From Bdellovibrionales bacterium (GTDB lineage: Bacteria > Bdellovibrionota > UBA1018), in assembly GCA_947380295.1 (NCBI GenBank), contig CANCQK010000008.1, positions 67,479 through 131,478 of the forward strand: a stretch of DNA of 64,000 bases, given 5' to 3'. Position numbers and translations under genes: made by a program. Positions 46,557 through 56,117 of the stretch are shown one piece after another. Position 1 is the first letter of the stretch. The number at the start of each line of letters is the position of its first letter. The notes beneath the pieces are model-generated. The model had not been told where the DNA came from and searched no databases. It saw nothing but the letters and a program-made list of their open reading frames with translations.

Positions 46557-48179
46557 CTACTTTCCGTCGCCAAAGCTAGTGCCAGGGAAAAATCCGAGAG
46601 GCCCAGTGGCGGAGGGGATGATAAGTTCACGCCGACATGGGTTTTTTGCGAGTTCGGCCGAAATATCCATCACGGGTGAGTTGTTCCAATCCGACTCAAA
46701 GAATTCACCGTAATATTTAGCAGCGTCAGGACTTTCGACAAAAACAGCAACTTCGCGGTTGTTCTCCATTGAGTTCGCGGTGCCGTTGATGGAGCTCACT
46801 AGGACTTTGTCACCGTCCAAAATCATACCTTTGTTGTGGATATAGGTAATCTCAACGGGCTTGGCGTTAATAATTCGAGCATCGATGGGGATGTTGTCAC
46901 AGGTCGCGAGGCGGAGGACGAATTTGGCCATTTCCACTTGAGCGTCCACACGGGGCTGCCAGGGTCTCTTGTAGGGTGCTTTGGCGGGCATCAGTGCGCT
47001 GCTTGCAGTTGGAACAAAAGCGGGCTTGGACGCTGCAGACTGGCCCTTGCCTGCCTGAGCAAAAAGTGCGGAGTCATTGAGGAGAAGTCGAACTGAAGTT
47101 CCGCTGCGGGCGGCGTCAATGATCGCGTCGAGGATCGGTGTGGTCTTGGGGAGTGACATGAAATTCATGTCGAGCGTATGAGTGGCCGAGCTGATCACGC
47201 CTCTGAGGGCCGGAGCAGCGTTGGGCGATAGAATCACCGAGGGATGATTGACAGTGCCGGCGCCGATCGGGCGAGCCGGAGTTTTGCGGGTTGGGTCGAA
47301 ACTCGGCTTCGCGAAAGGGACTTCAGCGTCGACTTGGGGGGTCTCAACAGAGGTTAACGGAATTTCAGTTTCTGTACTGGCGGCTTCTGTCGATCCCTCC
47401 GGCGCCGCTGCTGCTGGTTTTGCCCATTTTTCTTTCATCTTAGAGATCCAGGCAAGGTCCAATACTCGGACATCAGAGTTTTTGAGGTCAGAATCCTCGT
47501 CAAAAACTGCGGTGAGCTTTTCGGCTAGTTCAGTGTCTTCGATTGCGATATCCCAACCGCGAGTTCCCTTTAGGCCTGGATTCGGATGCCCGTTGATAGA
47601 GAAATTTTCGGAAGAGATGAGGACTTCTTTATCATCGGCGACGACATACTTCGCGTGATTAAATTTAAAGCGGCGTTTTGTAGCGGATGAGAGCATCCTC
47701 TGTGGCGGTAAAATGTAAAGATGATGACAATTTTGAACTCCGTATTCATCTCTTTTTCGTTTGCCAGTAAGGTTTTCGCTAGAGCTTTCCTTGTGGTCGG
47801 GATTGGTATTTAATTGGGCGGTAGTTGCAATTTTTTCAAGAACAGCCACGCTTTCTGCTGTGATTCCACCGACGGGATCCCCTTCGATTAGGAAGTTAGT
47901 GCAAACTCCTTCTTGAATTTTTTTGATGACTTGATCAGCAATGGCAGGATGAACAAATTCATAGATGTTTATGATTAGAGAACGCTTTGCATTTTTTAAA
48001 ACAGATAAGAGTAGTTCTTGATTATTATCTGGAGAGACTCCGAATCGAGCGGTAGCAGCGAAGCTCATTCGATTTTGAATCAAAATTTGCGTAATAATAA
48101 AAGAAAAAACGAATAAAACTCTACGAATACCCACCATCGCACACCTCATGAGTGAAAATGAGTAGAAGACGCGATGCAT
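46557..48179 (-). CDS. Secreted phospholipase D-family protein with two HKD motifs.
   Basis: First HKD is FNHAKYVVADDKEVLISSENFS and second HKD is YIHNKGMILDGDKVLVSSINGT. N-terminal signal peptide (VLFVFSFIITQILIQN). Confidence 0.75.
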   Translation of the reverse strand: MHRVFYSFSLMRCAMVGIRRVLFVFSFIITQILIQNRMSFAATARFGVSPDNNQELLLSVLKNAKRSLIINIYEFVHPAIADQVIKKIQEGVCTNFLIEGDPVGGITAESVAVLEKIATTAQLNTNPDHKESSSENLTGKRKRDEYGVQNCHHLYILPPQRMLSSATKRRFKFNHAKYVVADDKEVLISSENFSINGHPNPGLKGTRGWDIAIEDTELAEKLTAVFDEDSDLKNSDVRVLDLAWISKMKEKWAKPAAAAPEGSTEAASTETEIPLTSVETPQVDAEVPFAKPSFDPTRKTPARPIGAGTVNHPSVILSPNAAPALRGVISSATHTLDMNFMSLPKTTPILDAIIDAARSGTSVRLLLNDSALFAQAGKGQSAASKPAFVPTASSALMPAKAPYKRPWQPRVDAQVEMAKFVLRLATCDNIPIDARIINAKPVEITYIHNKGMILDGDKVLVSSINGTANSMENNREVAVFVESPDAAKYYGEFFESDWNNSPVMDISAELAKNPCRRELIIPSATGPLGFFPGTSFGDGK

Positions 48180-48281
48180 GGAGTCAAGGAATAAATAGGT
48201 TTTTGTTTGGAATAATTTTTTAGGAAAAAACTATATCTTTTCGCGCGAATTCTGTGCGAAATGAATCGACACTTGAGTGAA

Positions 48282-48908
48282 TCAGCGATAGTGATCGAAA
48301 AAAAGACTGAAAGCTTCGTTCGAAAGATCTTCGAGAAAGCGCAGTCGCGGAGGAAGGTGAATTGCCGTGTCTTTCGCTTGGCCTTGAATTGATTTTCTTG
48401 CCTCTGCGGTGCCGCTCACAGTTTCGTTGTTTGCGAGCTGAGTCCATTCAAGTTCAACTCGAACTTCGCCGTTAAGGGTTTTGACAGGAATGACTCGTTC
48501 CATTTTTCCGTCGTTGCCCTGCTCCTCTGCGTATTGAGAGTCAAGCACAACTTCCTTGGAGTAAGTATCCTGGGTTTCGGCGCGAAATGTTTTTACGAAA
48601 GCACGAAGTGCAACGTCTGCTTGGCTTCGCTTAGCGACTCCTTGCCAGTCCGTTGGGTCTTGCTGAGGTGCGCTCTTCGCAGCCTCTACGTCTTTTTTGG
48701 GAACCAGAAAAAAGGTCCCTCGCTTGACGAGTTGATTGACAAGAGCTACTTCGACTACCGACCGAGCCGTGAGCTCTCCTTCGACGTCAACGAGTGCTAC
48801 CTTTTTGCCTTCCAGTTCAGAGAGTTTTAAAACGGGTTTTTTGGGGACGCTCGAGCACGCTGCGAGAGTGATCAATGCAGCTCCAAAAAACCTCCGGTCT
48901 AATCTCAT
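48282..48908 (-). CDS. Hypothetical lipoprotein.
   Basis: Signal peptide with lipobox LAACSS. No recognisable domain. Confidence 0.45.
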   Translation of the reverse strand: MRLDRRFFGAALITLAACSSVPKKPVLKLSELEGKKVALVDVEGELTARSVVEVALVNQLVKRGTFFLVPKKDVEAAKSAPQQDPTDWQGVAKRSQADVALRAFVKTFRAETQDTYSKEVVLDSQYAEEQGNDGKMERVIPVKTLNGEVRVELEWTQLANNETVSGTAEARKSIQGQAKDTAIHLPPRLRFLEDLSNEAFSLFFDHYR

Positions 48909-48927
48909 CTTCTGGAATCTCGATTCT

Positions 48928-49371
48928 TTAGAGTTGAGGTGTGCCGCCGTGAATTAAGACTTTCACGTCGTGTCTGAAGATTACTTCAAGCTTATTCGGG
49001 TAAATGAGTTTGCCGACGATCCCATCGCCAAATGTGGGGTGGTTCAGCTTGTCTCCCAAAGTGAAGTGCCCTTTTGTGCTGTACGGCTTACCGGGGAGGT
49101 CGCGGTGAGCAGACATGAGCTTTTCCCACTCGATTTCAATTGAGTGATTTTCTGTATCCTCAGAGGCAGCCTTCTTAGCTTTGCTTGCCTTAGGTGCTTG
49201 GGGCTCAGTTGCGCCCTTAATTGGACGAAAAGCGTGTTCTTTTTTGCAGGTGAGGCACTGAACTTTGATGACCTTGTCACCTTTCATTGCGACGATGACG
49301 TGATTCAAATCCATTTTACAGCTGGTGCAATACGACAAAGTTTCACCGGCTACTGAAGAAGTCCGTGCCAT
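48928..49371 (-). CDS. Hypothetical protein with an N-terminal zinc-ribbon (CxxC-x17-CxxC).
   Basis: MARTSSVAGETLSYCTSCKMDLNHVIVAMKGDKVIKVQCLTCKKEHAF. Start trimmed to ATG 49371; the ORF track extends to 49443. Confidence 0.35.
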   Translation of the reverse strand: MARTSSVAGETLSYCTSCKMDLNHVIVAMKGDKVIKVQCLTCKKEHAFRPIKGATEPQAPKASKAKKAASEDTENHSIEIEWEKLMSAHRDLPGKPYSTKGHFTLGDKLNHPTFGDGIVGKLIYPNKLEVIFRHDVKVLIHGGTPQL

Positions 49372-49572
49372 TAATAATCTCCGTGACCACTCCCACCACC
49401 AATTTTTGATGAGGGCTTCTAGGATCTTTCGACCCAGGGACAATGGCCCTTGTCCCAGCGGTTGTTAAGTACTGTGGCTTTCAACTTCATACAAGGCCCG
49501 ATTGAACTTTGTATGCAGAATTTCGCCACTTTTGTTAAAAAAATCTTCTCACTTGTAGTTATAGTGTCTTCG

Positions 49573-51324
49573 ATGGAAAATCAAGTACCGAAACCAATTC
49601 GACCCGCTCGGCGTGATCTTTTACTTCAAGCTAGGGCAGCTCAGACTCATTCAGGCGTCTATTTAATGAAAGATCCCTCGGACGGTGTTCTCTACGTGGG
49701 CAAAGCTAAGAATTTGAAAAATCGTTTGGTCAGTTATTTTCAGTCTGTCGTTCACGAAATTCCACGGATTGAGATCCTCGTGAGTCGAATTCATCACTTC
49801 GATGTGATCTTAACTGAGACTGAGTCAGAAGCTCTGATCTTAGAAGCGACCCTGATTAAAAAGTACAAACCTAAGTTCAATGTCCGACTCAAGGACGACA
49901 AAGCTTACCCTTATTTAAAGATTCAAGTGAACGACCCATTTCCTCGGATCGAATGGACACGGAAGGTGCTTCGCGATGGCGCCCGGTATTTTGGACCGTT
50001 TCCGTCTGCTTGGTCGGCGCGAGAGGTCATGCAGCTCCTGAATGAAACTTTTAAGTTGAGAGATTGTTCCGACAATACATTTAGACATCGGGCTCGGCCT
50101 TGTATTTTGTTTCAGATGGACAAATGTACTGGAGGGTGTGTGGGTCAGGTCGACTCGGTGGCCTATCATGAATCCATTCAGGCTGTGGTCAGTGTGTTGG
50201 AGGGCAAATCCGATGCCCTATTAGGCTCTCTCCGGCGCGGCATGGAGGATGCGGCTGAGCGCGAGGAATACGAAGAGGCGGCAGGTTACCGAGATCAAAT
50301 CCAAAATCTTGAAGTGATTACCCAGACTCAAGGAGTGATGGAGGCCGGCTCTCAGCGTAACCGAGATGTCATTAGTATCGCCCGGAATGAGCTCGATGCT
50401 CACGGGACGATTTTGAGGGTAAGAGGGGGGCGGTTGGTTGCTGTGCAGCATTACCATTTGCAAAATACGGATCCTTCTCAATCCGAATCAGAACTCCTCT
50501 TTGATTTTCTCTCTCAGTATTATCTCAATCGGATGACTCAAGAGAGTCTATCAGAACTCGACCCTGAGTCGGCGCCGACCACAGAGCCTGCGTCTGAAGA
50601 CGTTTTGGTTTCTGAAGTACCTGGTGATGCTGAGCTTTTGGAAACTACGGTGCAGATCAAACTGCGAGTGCCTGAGACGCCCGTAGATTACCAGCTTTTG
50701 AGTGTGGCGCGCACGAATGCCTTACACGCTTTGGAACAAAACAAGAAAAAGGCCAAGGGGCATGGCCTCCAAGCACTGGAAGAAGTTCAGGAAAAGCTTC
50801 AGCTGCCCAAACTCCCTCAGCGCATCGAGTGTTACGATATTTCCAATATTCAGGGTCAGGACGCAGTCGCCTCTCGTGTTGTTTTTATGGATGGAGCGCC
50901 GGACAAAAATCTTTATCGACGGTACAAGATCAAGACTGTCGAAGGCTCGAATGACTTTGCCATGATGAAGGAGGTTCTGGGGAGACGGTTTACCAAGTCA
51001 GATGAGGATCTGCCTGATCTCGTGGTGGTGGATGGCGGAAAGGGTCAGCTCTCACAGGCTGTGGCAATTCTCGATGAGCTGGCAGTGCAAGGAGTGGGTG
51101 TGGTGGGTCTGGCTAAAGCTCGAACCGAGAGTGATTTTCAGGCTTCAGAGGTTAAGTCATCGTTTGAACGGATCTTTATCCCGAATCGTAAAAACCCAGT
51201 TTCACTCTATCCGACGACCTCTGCCTATAAACTTCTGACCCATATCAGAGATGAGGCGCACAGATTTGCTGTGAGTTATCATAGACTTCTGCGCTCAAAA
51301 CGGACGATACGGGACAAAGATTGA
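49573..51324 (+). CDS. uvrC: Excinuclease ABC subunit C.
   Basis: The GIY-YIG domain reads GVYLMKDPSDGVLYVGKAKNLKNRLVSYF. A UvrBC-interaction region is present. RNase H-like and C-terminal (HhH)2 domains are present. Start set at ATG 49573 (MENQVPKPIRP). Confidence 0.9.
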   Translation: MENQVPKPIRPARRDLLLQARAAQTHSGVYLMKDPSDGVLYVGKAKNLKNRLVSYFQSVVHEIPRIEILVSRIHHFDVILTETESEALILEATLIKKYKPKFNVRLKDDKAYPYLKIQVNDPFPRIEWTRKVLRDGARYFGPFPSAWSAREVMQLLNETFKLRDCSDNTFRHRARPCILFQMDKCTGGCVGQVDSVAYHESIQAVVSVLEGKSDALLGSLRRGMEDAAEREEYEEAAGYRDQIQNLEVITQTQGVMEAGSQRNRDVISIARNELDAHGTILRVRGGRLVAVQHYHLQNTDPSQSESELLFDFLSQYYLNRMTQESLSELDPESAPTTEPASEDVLVSEVPGDAELLETTVQIKLRVPETPVDYQLLSVARTNALHALEQNKKKAKGHGLQALEEVQEKLQLPKLPQRIECYDISNIQGQDAVASRVVFMDGAPDKNLYRRYKIKTVEGSNDFAMMKEVLGRRFTKSDEDLPDLVVVDGGKGQLSQAVAILDELAVQGVGVVGLAKARTESDFQASEVKSSFERIFIPNRKNPVSLYPTTSAYKLLTHIRDEAHRFAVSYHRLLRSKRTIRDKD

Positions 51325-51361
51325 CAGGCGAGTGAATCCCAACTAAGACTAGATCCAAAAA

Positions 51362-52726
51362 ATGAACAACACTATCACTCAGGCAGATTCATCAGCGAGT
51401 ACGACATCTTGGACCGAAACCTTCGGGGGGTTTTCTTTTATGAAGGCCCAACCCGCTGCGGCTCATCCCCTGACCGATTCTGCAGAAATTGAAAAAAGTT
51501 ACGCTTACTGGCGCGTTCGAACGATGATGGGGATGTTCGTCGGGTATGCTGTTTTTTACTTTTGCCGTAAGAATCTCTCAGCTGCGACCCCCGCTCTGAT
51601 TGCTGATCTGGGCTATTCAAAGACCCAAATTGGCACGATTTGGTCCTGCCTTTATCTGACTTATGGTGTGAGCAAGATGTTCAATGGGGTCCTCGGGGAC
51701 CGGGCCAATCCGCGATACTTCATGGCAATTGGGTTGCTCTTGTCTGCAGTGACTAATATCTTGTTTGGGATGAGTTCCTCGCTTGCCATGTTGGGGTTCT
51801 TTTGGGCGCTCAACGGCTGGTTTCAGGGGATGGGGTGGCCTCCATGTGCTCGTCTTTTGACTCATTGGTATAGTCAAAACGAACGTGGCACCTACTGGGG
51901 AATTTGGAACACCGCTCACCAAATCGGTGGAGGGCTCATTCTTGTTTTAGGGGGTTACCTCACCGAACAGTTTGGCTGGCGTTCCAGTTTTTATGTTCCC
52001 TCGGTGATTGCTATCGTGACTTCTTTTTTTCTGATTGAACGCCTGCGGGATACACCCGAGTCTCTTGGTTTGCCTTCCATTGAGAAGTTCAGAAATGATT
52101 CACAGGCTTCGAGCGGTTCCAGTTCGAAGGCATCGTTTCGCGCAGTGGTGCGTAACCGTAAGATCTGGTTCCTTTCTCTTGCTAATTTCTTTGTCTACCT
52201 CGTTCGATTTGGAGCGATGGATTGGGCGCCGACCTTCTTAGTCGATGTGAAGCATTCCACCATTGGGGGGGCAACTCTCAAAGCAGCAGGTTTTGAGTTC
52301 GTCGGCATTGCCGGAGCTCTGGGCGCGGGATGGCTTTCAGACCGCGTTTTCAAAGGTCGTCGAGCTTGGGTGAATTTTATTTACATGTTTTTGCTCGCCT
52401 TCGTGATTGGTGAGTTTTGGATGATTCCAGAAGGTTATCCGGTTTTAGATGCTCTCGCACTGAGTGCGGTGGGTTTCTTGGTTTATGGCCCGCAAATGCT
52501 CGTGGGAGTTGCTGCTGCTGATCTTGGCGGCAAAGAAGCTGCTGCTTCGGCTACAGGGTTTACTGGACTCTTTGGTTACCTGGGAAGCATCGTTTCCGGC
52601 ATTGGGACGGGCTGGGTTGTGGATCATTGGGGTTGGAGCGGTGGATTTATCTTCTTTATCGCCTCCGCTTTGATTGGTGCTGGTCTATTTATCTTTACTC
52701 GCGAACAGCAGCCGCAGGCGGCGTAG
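51362..52726 (+). CDS. MFS organophosphate:phosphate antiporter (GlpT/UhpC/OPA family).
   Basis: Close match to GlpT blocks: FVGYAVFYFCRKNLSAATPAL, WFQGMGWPPCARLLTHWYSQNERGTYWGIWNTAHQIGGG and GFTGLFGYLGSIVSG. Confidence 0.8.
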   Translation: MNNTITQADSSASTTSWTETFGGFSFMKAQPAAAHPLTDSAEIEKSYAYWRVRTMMGMFVGYAVFYFCRKNLSAATPALIADLGYSKTQIGTIWSCLYLTYGVSKMFNGVLGDRANPRYFMAIGLLLSAVTNILFGMSSSLAMLGFFWALNGWFQGMGWPPCARLLTHWYSQNERGTYWGIWNTAHQIGGGLILVLGGYLTEQFGWRSSFYVPSVIAIVTSFFLIERLRDTPESLGLPSIEKFRNDSQASSGSSSKASFRAVVRNRKIWFLSLANFFVYLVRFGAMDWAPTFLVDVKHSTIGGATLKAAGFEFVGIAGALGAGWLSDRVFKGRRAWVNFIYMFLLAFVIGEFWMIPEGYPVLDALALSAVGFLVYGPQMLVGVAAADLGGKEAAASATGFTGLFGYLGSIVSGIGTGWVVDHWGWSGGFIFFIASALIGAGLFIFTREQQPQAA

Positions 52727-52728
52727 CG

Positions 52729-53454
52729 ATGGAGAACGCTATGAAGAGCTTGAAGGTCTTTGTAGTGGTTGTAGCTCTCCAATTTTTCTTGCGGATTCAG
52801 TTCGCCTCAGCTGCTGAAATCAACACGAACGAAGTCTCATCGTCGAACGCTCCTTCTTGGGTCAAGGTTTCGCGAGTCGATCGAGTGGTATCTCGAGTTC
52901 AGCGCTTCATGGAGTGGGACCTTAGAAAAGTGAAGGTAGTTTGGTACTCCGATCAAAAGGAATTTCAGCATTTTCACCACTATGATTCAAGTGTTCTAGC
53001 AGTCACCCAAAAACCGGAGAACACGATCCATTTAGGGCCGCGCGTCGACAACTCCAATTTTGATGCAGTATTTGGTCACGAGTTGGTGCATGCGATCTTA
53101 TTTCAGAAATATAAAAAATCGATCCCAAACTGGCTCGAAGAAGGACTTGCTAATTATGCGTCCAAGCATGGCACAGTCGACTATAGATGGATTGCAAGTC
53201 AGCCCTTTGTGGACGTGAAAACCCTTGGGCATCCTTTCTTAGATTCGGCTCATTCGACTTTGAGTCCCAGGTATCATTACCAAGTTTCAACGGCTTTGAT
53301 TCAAATGATTGCTTCAAAGTGCAATCTTGAGGAGCTCTTGCAGCTCTCGTTGGGTACTAGTTTAGAGAATTATTTGTCGACCACTTGCGAGTTGGATGAC
53401 ATCAATGCAAGTTTTCAGACTTGGGTGAAAAAAAAGAACAAGGCTAATAGCTAG
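52729..53454 (+). CDS. Secreted putative zinc metalloprotease (HExxH ... E gluzincin-like).
   Basis: Signal peptide [24 protein letters not shown]. The motif [12 protein letters not shown] is followed 20 aa later by EEGLANYA. Start set at ATG 52729, immediately after the MFS stop. Confidence 0.5.
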   Translation: MENAMKSLKVFVVVVALQFFLRIQFASAAEINTNEVSSSNAPSWVKVSRVDRVVSRVQRFMEWDLRKVKVVWYSDQKEFQHFHHYDSSVLAVTQKPENTIHLGPRVDNSNFDAVFGHELVHAILFQKYKKSIPNWLEEGLANYASKHGTVDYRWIASQPFVDVKTLGHPFLDSAHSTLSPRYHYQVSTALIQMIASKCNLEELLQLSLGTSLENYLSTTCELDDINASFQTWVKKKNKANS

Positions 53455-53459
53455 GTGAT

Positions 53460-54032
53460 GTGAATGAAAAAAAGTGGATTGATCTCCACTCTTTTTTCAC
53501 GAAATCGTGTACACCTCTGCCCATTATGAATCTGAGCCAATTTCCTGAGCTTTTAAAGTTTTTTTCTAACACGATTGCCGAATCTGACCCTGATCAGGAT
53601 CGGGAGAGCGCAAAAGCTTTTGCTGCCGCCGGCCCTCCTCAGGTGAGAGAACGAGTCGTGGCGCAATTACAGTCTATTTTAACGAGTAACGACCTCCCAT
53701 TGGATGAGTTTGGATCTGAAGCAAATCGTTGGTTCGGTGACTTGGGCGAGGCTCGTACTTGGTTGGAAGGTCTTCTCTCGGTTCTGAGCTCAGCTGAGAG
53801 TGGCAACTCGGCTTCCATCGCTGTGAAAGATAGTCATGGCACCGTCCTCGCCGAAGGTGATGCGGTTCAGGTGATCAAGGACTTGAAAGTCAAAGGCGGC
53901 TCGAGTGATCTTAAGCGTGGGACGCTGATCAAGAAAATCCATTTAACAGTCTTCGGCAGAATTCCCCCGCCTAGATTCGTTAGAATCAGGAGGGGGATGA
54001 ATGCCTCCCCTGGTTTTCTATGTATTTCTTGA
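53460..54032 (+). CDS. PhnA-domain protein whose 3' end runs into the IS element (probably insertionally disrupted).
   Basis: The C-terminal region [44 protein letters not shown] matches the PhnA/YjdC C-terminal domain up to '...I-x-L'. The reading frame then continues into the IS left end without the expected last ~25 residues. A sequence resembling the missing tail (IEGLG...FRKVN) is found just beyond the IS right end at about 55851. Confidence 0.45.
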   Translation: MNEKKWIDLHSFFTKSCTPLPIMNLSQFPELLKFFSNTIAESDPDQDRESAKAFAAAGPPQVRERVVAQLQSILTSNDLPLDEFGSEANRWFGDLGEARTWLEGLLSVLSSAESGNSASIAVKDSHGTVLAEGDAVQVIKDLKVKGGSSDLKRGTLIKKIHLTVFGRIPPPRFVRIRRGMNASPGFLCIS

Positions 54033-54414
54033 TGACCTCGATGGTGGCGCCACCTGTAGTGAGGAGGCAGTAGGCCCTTGTCCAGAGTACTGGTTTCCAA
54101 TAGTACTGCCGCAGGTGCTTTCCGAACTTCTTCCGAGTCAGACGACTCGTCACCGTTTTGAGATTATTGATGAAGATGCTCATTTGCATGCTGGGATGAC
54201 ACGATAGGAGTATGTGAATATGATCTTCCTCTCCTCCAAATTCTACGAGAGAGCAATCCCATTTTTGGCAAAGTTCCTCGCTAGTTACTTTGAGGAACGC
54301 CAAAATCTCTGGGGTGAAACATTTTCTTCTATACTTTGTTACTAACACCAAATGATACTGAAGATTATATACGCAATGAAAATGGCTCTTTAGCTTATTT
54401 TTTTTCATTGACAC
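53986..54414 (-). CDS. tnpA: IS200/IS605-family Y1 (HUH) transposase TnpA.
   Basis: 142 aa. [14 protein letters not shown] matches the IS200 signature. The HuH motif is HIHILL and the catalytic Tyr lies in KKYIENQ. Confidence 0.9.
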   Translation of the reverse strand: MSMKKNKLKSHFHCVYNLQYHLVLVTKYRRKCFTPEILAFLKVTSEELCQKWDCSLVEFGGEEDHIHILLSCHPSMQMSIFINNLKTVTSRLTRKKFGKHLRQYYWKPVLWTRAYCLLTTGGATIEVIKKYIENQGRHSSPS

Positions 54415-54443
54415 TAACTAGTCCAGGTGACAGGTTGGTGTCA

Positions 54444-55637
54444 ATGTTGCTGAAAGGATATCAGTTCAAATTGAGACCATCTAAGAAACAAAAGAAGATA
54501 CTTTTGCGATGGATGGGGGCGTGTCGCTTTGTCTACAATTGTGGGCTCACGCATCGCTCGATGAACTACCAGCAGTGGCAGAATTCGGTTTCCTATTTTG
54601 ATCAGCAAAATGCTCTTCCGGAGGTGAAAAGTGACCCTGAGTTGAGCTGGCTCAAGGAGGTTCCTTCTCAGAGTTTACAGATGGCACTTAGGCACCTCGA
54701 CACTGCTTTCAAGAATTTCTTTCGGGGTACAGGGCAATACCCTCAGCCGAAGAAAAAGGGAATTCATGATGCCATTTCCTTTCCTCAGGGTAATGTCCTC
54801 AAAATTCGAAAGAAGGCTAGGAAAACAAGTAGTATTCTACTTCCCAAGCTTGGAGAAGTGGAGTTGGTCCAACACCGCAACTTCACTGGTAAAGTAAAGA
54901 GTGCCACAGTTTCCCATTCTCATGGAAACGGCTGGCAGGTCAGTATTTTGGTTGAAGAGGCGGATATGATTCCCACAAATACGTCCCAAGAGACTGTAGG
55001 GATTGACCTAGGTGTTACAAAAACCATCGCCCGCAGTGGAGTTCATCCAGACCAAAACCTTCCAGTTGAGCAAATCAAGCGAATTGAGAAGCGAATTGCA
55101 GTGCTTCAGAGGAGACAGGCAAAGGTCACTCGATTTTCGGATCGATGGAGGCATTTTTGCCGTGTCGTCGCCAAGTTACATTCTAGAGTTTCACGTATTA
55201 GAAAAGATTTTCTTCACAAGACCTCCTGCGAGCTCTCCAAAAACCACGGAGTGATCGTCATGGAAGATCTGAAGGTGAAGAATATGTCCAAGTCCGCCAG
55301 TGGGACCAAAGAGAATCCGGGTCGAAAAGTCGCTCAAAAAAGCGGACTGAATCGGGCCATTCTCAGGCAAGGATGGGGAAGTTTTCGTACCATGATGGAG
55401 TACAAAACCAAATGGTACGGCTCGCACCTGATCCTAGTTGGTCCTAAGAATACGTCCCGGCGCTGTTGCGAATGCGGCTATACGCATGAGGGCAATCGTC
55501 AAACTCAGGCAGATTTTCTGTGCCTACAATGCGGACACAATGAAAATGCGGATAAGAATGCCGCTAACAACATTAGAAGACTTGGATTAGAGTCTTTGGG
55601 GCGTCAGCCCCTAGAAGCCCCCGCCATAGCCTGCTAA
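54444..55637 (+). CDS. tnpB: TnpB (OrfB_IS605) RNA-guided endonuclease with an intact RuvC-like active site.
   Basis: RuvC-I is VGIDLGVTKT, RuvC-II is IVMEDLKVKNM and RuvC-III is NADKNAANNI. The zinc finger is CCECGYTHEGNRQTQADFLCLQCGH. Start trimmed to ATG 54444 (MLLKGYQFKLRP), which gives a 30-bp divergent promoter region with tnpA. Confidence 0.9.
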   Translation: MLLKGYQFKLRPSKKQKKILLRWMGACRFVYNCGLTHRSMNYQQWQNSVSYFDQQNALPEVKSDPELSWLKEVPSQSLQMALRHLDTAFKNFFRGTGQYPQPKKKGIHDAISFPQGNVLKIRKKARKTSSILLPKLGEVELVQHRNFTGKVKSATVSHSHGNGWQVSILVEEADMIPTNTSQETVGIDLGVTKTIARSGVHPDQNLPVEQIKRIEKRIAVLQRRQAKVTRFSDRWRHFCRVVAKLHSRVSRIRKDFLHKTSCELSKNHGVIVMEDLKVKNMSKSASGTKENPGRKVAQKSGLNRAILRQGWGSFRTMMEYKTKWYGSHLILVGPKNTSRRCCECGYTHEGNRQTQADFLCLQCGHNENADKNAANNIRRLGLESLGRQPLEAPAIAC

Positions 55638-55850
55638 GGCTTGGCGGAGGGAGTAATCACTTGGTGATCCAGAGCTTGTCGAGTGCCGGGTGGACGGGAG
55701 CACTCTCGTTCTCAAAACCTGTTTCCTGAAAAAAGCTTAGCTCGAGAGGGACTTTGGATTTCATCCGGGTTGATCTTGAGATTAATAGTTGAGTCAAATG
55801 GTATAGATTTTCCTTGCCTAGAGCGCCCCCTCATGTTAGCTTCCCCCCTC
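55560..55850 (+). ncRNA. Putative TnpB-associated omega RNA (right-end element RNA) scaffold. Extent is approximate.
   Basis: By analogy with characterised TnpB systems, the guide RNA scaffold overlaps the tnpB 3' end and the right end. This region contains several stable hairpins: CCGCCATAGCC...GGCTTGGCGG spanning the tnpB stop, GAGTGC...GCACTC, and CCCTC-ata-GAGGG. Confidence 0.3.
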
Positions 55851-56117
55851 ATAGAGGGATTAGGGACAAAGGGGAAGAGTTTGAGGAGCTCGGTACCTAT
55901 GTTCAGAAAGGTAAATACGAAAGTTGCATTTCTAACCGTTAAGGCTTTTTTCTTGGTGCTCTCCTACCTCATGCCAAGTGCTAGTTTGGCGAGCTGGGAA
56001 GAAATTGAAGACGCTATCGGAGCTGAACTCGTTCTAAAAGACGATCAGCGATTTGCTTTTTTCTCGAAACGTTAATCGGATACATCGATTAAGCGCCTCA
56101 GAGGCTGCCTCCAAGAC

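Larger units (their letters stand above)
53958..55849. mobile_element. IS200/IS605-family insertion sequence with divergent tnpA and tnpB. Boundaries are approximate, within about 30 bp.
   Basis: The complete tnpA (Y1 HUH) and tnpB genes are flanked by imperfect subterminal palindromes rich in CCCCC/GGGGG. The left hairpin is at 53964..53996 and the right structures are at 55621..55647, 55681..55705 and 55836..55856. The length of about 1.9 kb is typical of the family. Confidence 0.6.

Noticed and set aside
46422-46679. 85-aa plus-strand ORF spanning the OMP/PLD intergenic region.
   Set aside because: It runs across a terminator hairpin and into the antisense of the PLD gene. No start context.
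55683-56075. 130-aa plus-strand ORF after the IS right end, considered as an independent gene.
   Set aside because: Its 5' half overlaps the IS right-end hairpins. Only the segment from about 55851 (IEGLGTKGKSLRSSVPMFRKVN...) looks like genuine coding, and it is probably the displaced 3' remnant of the PhnA-domain gene rather than a separate gene.
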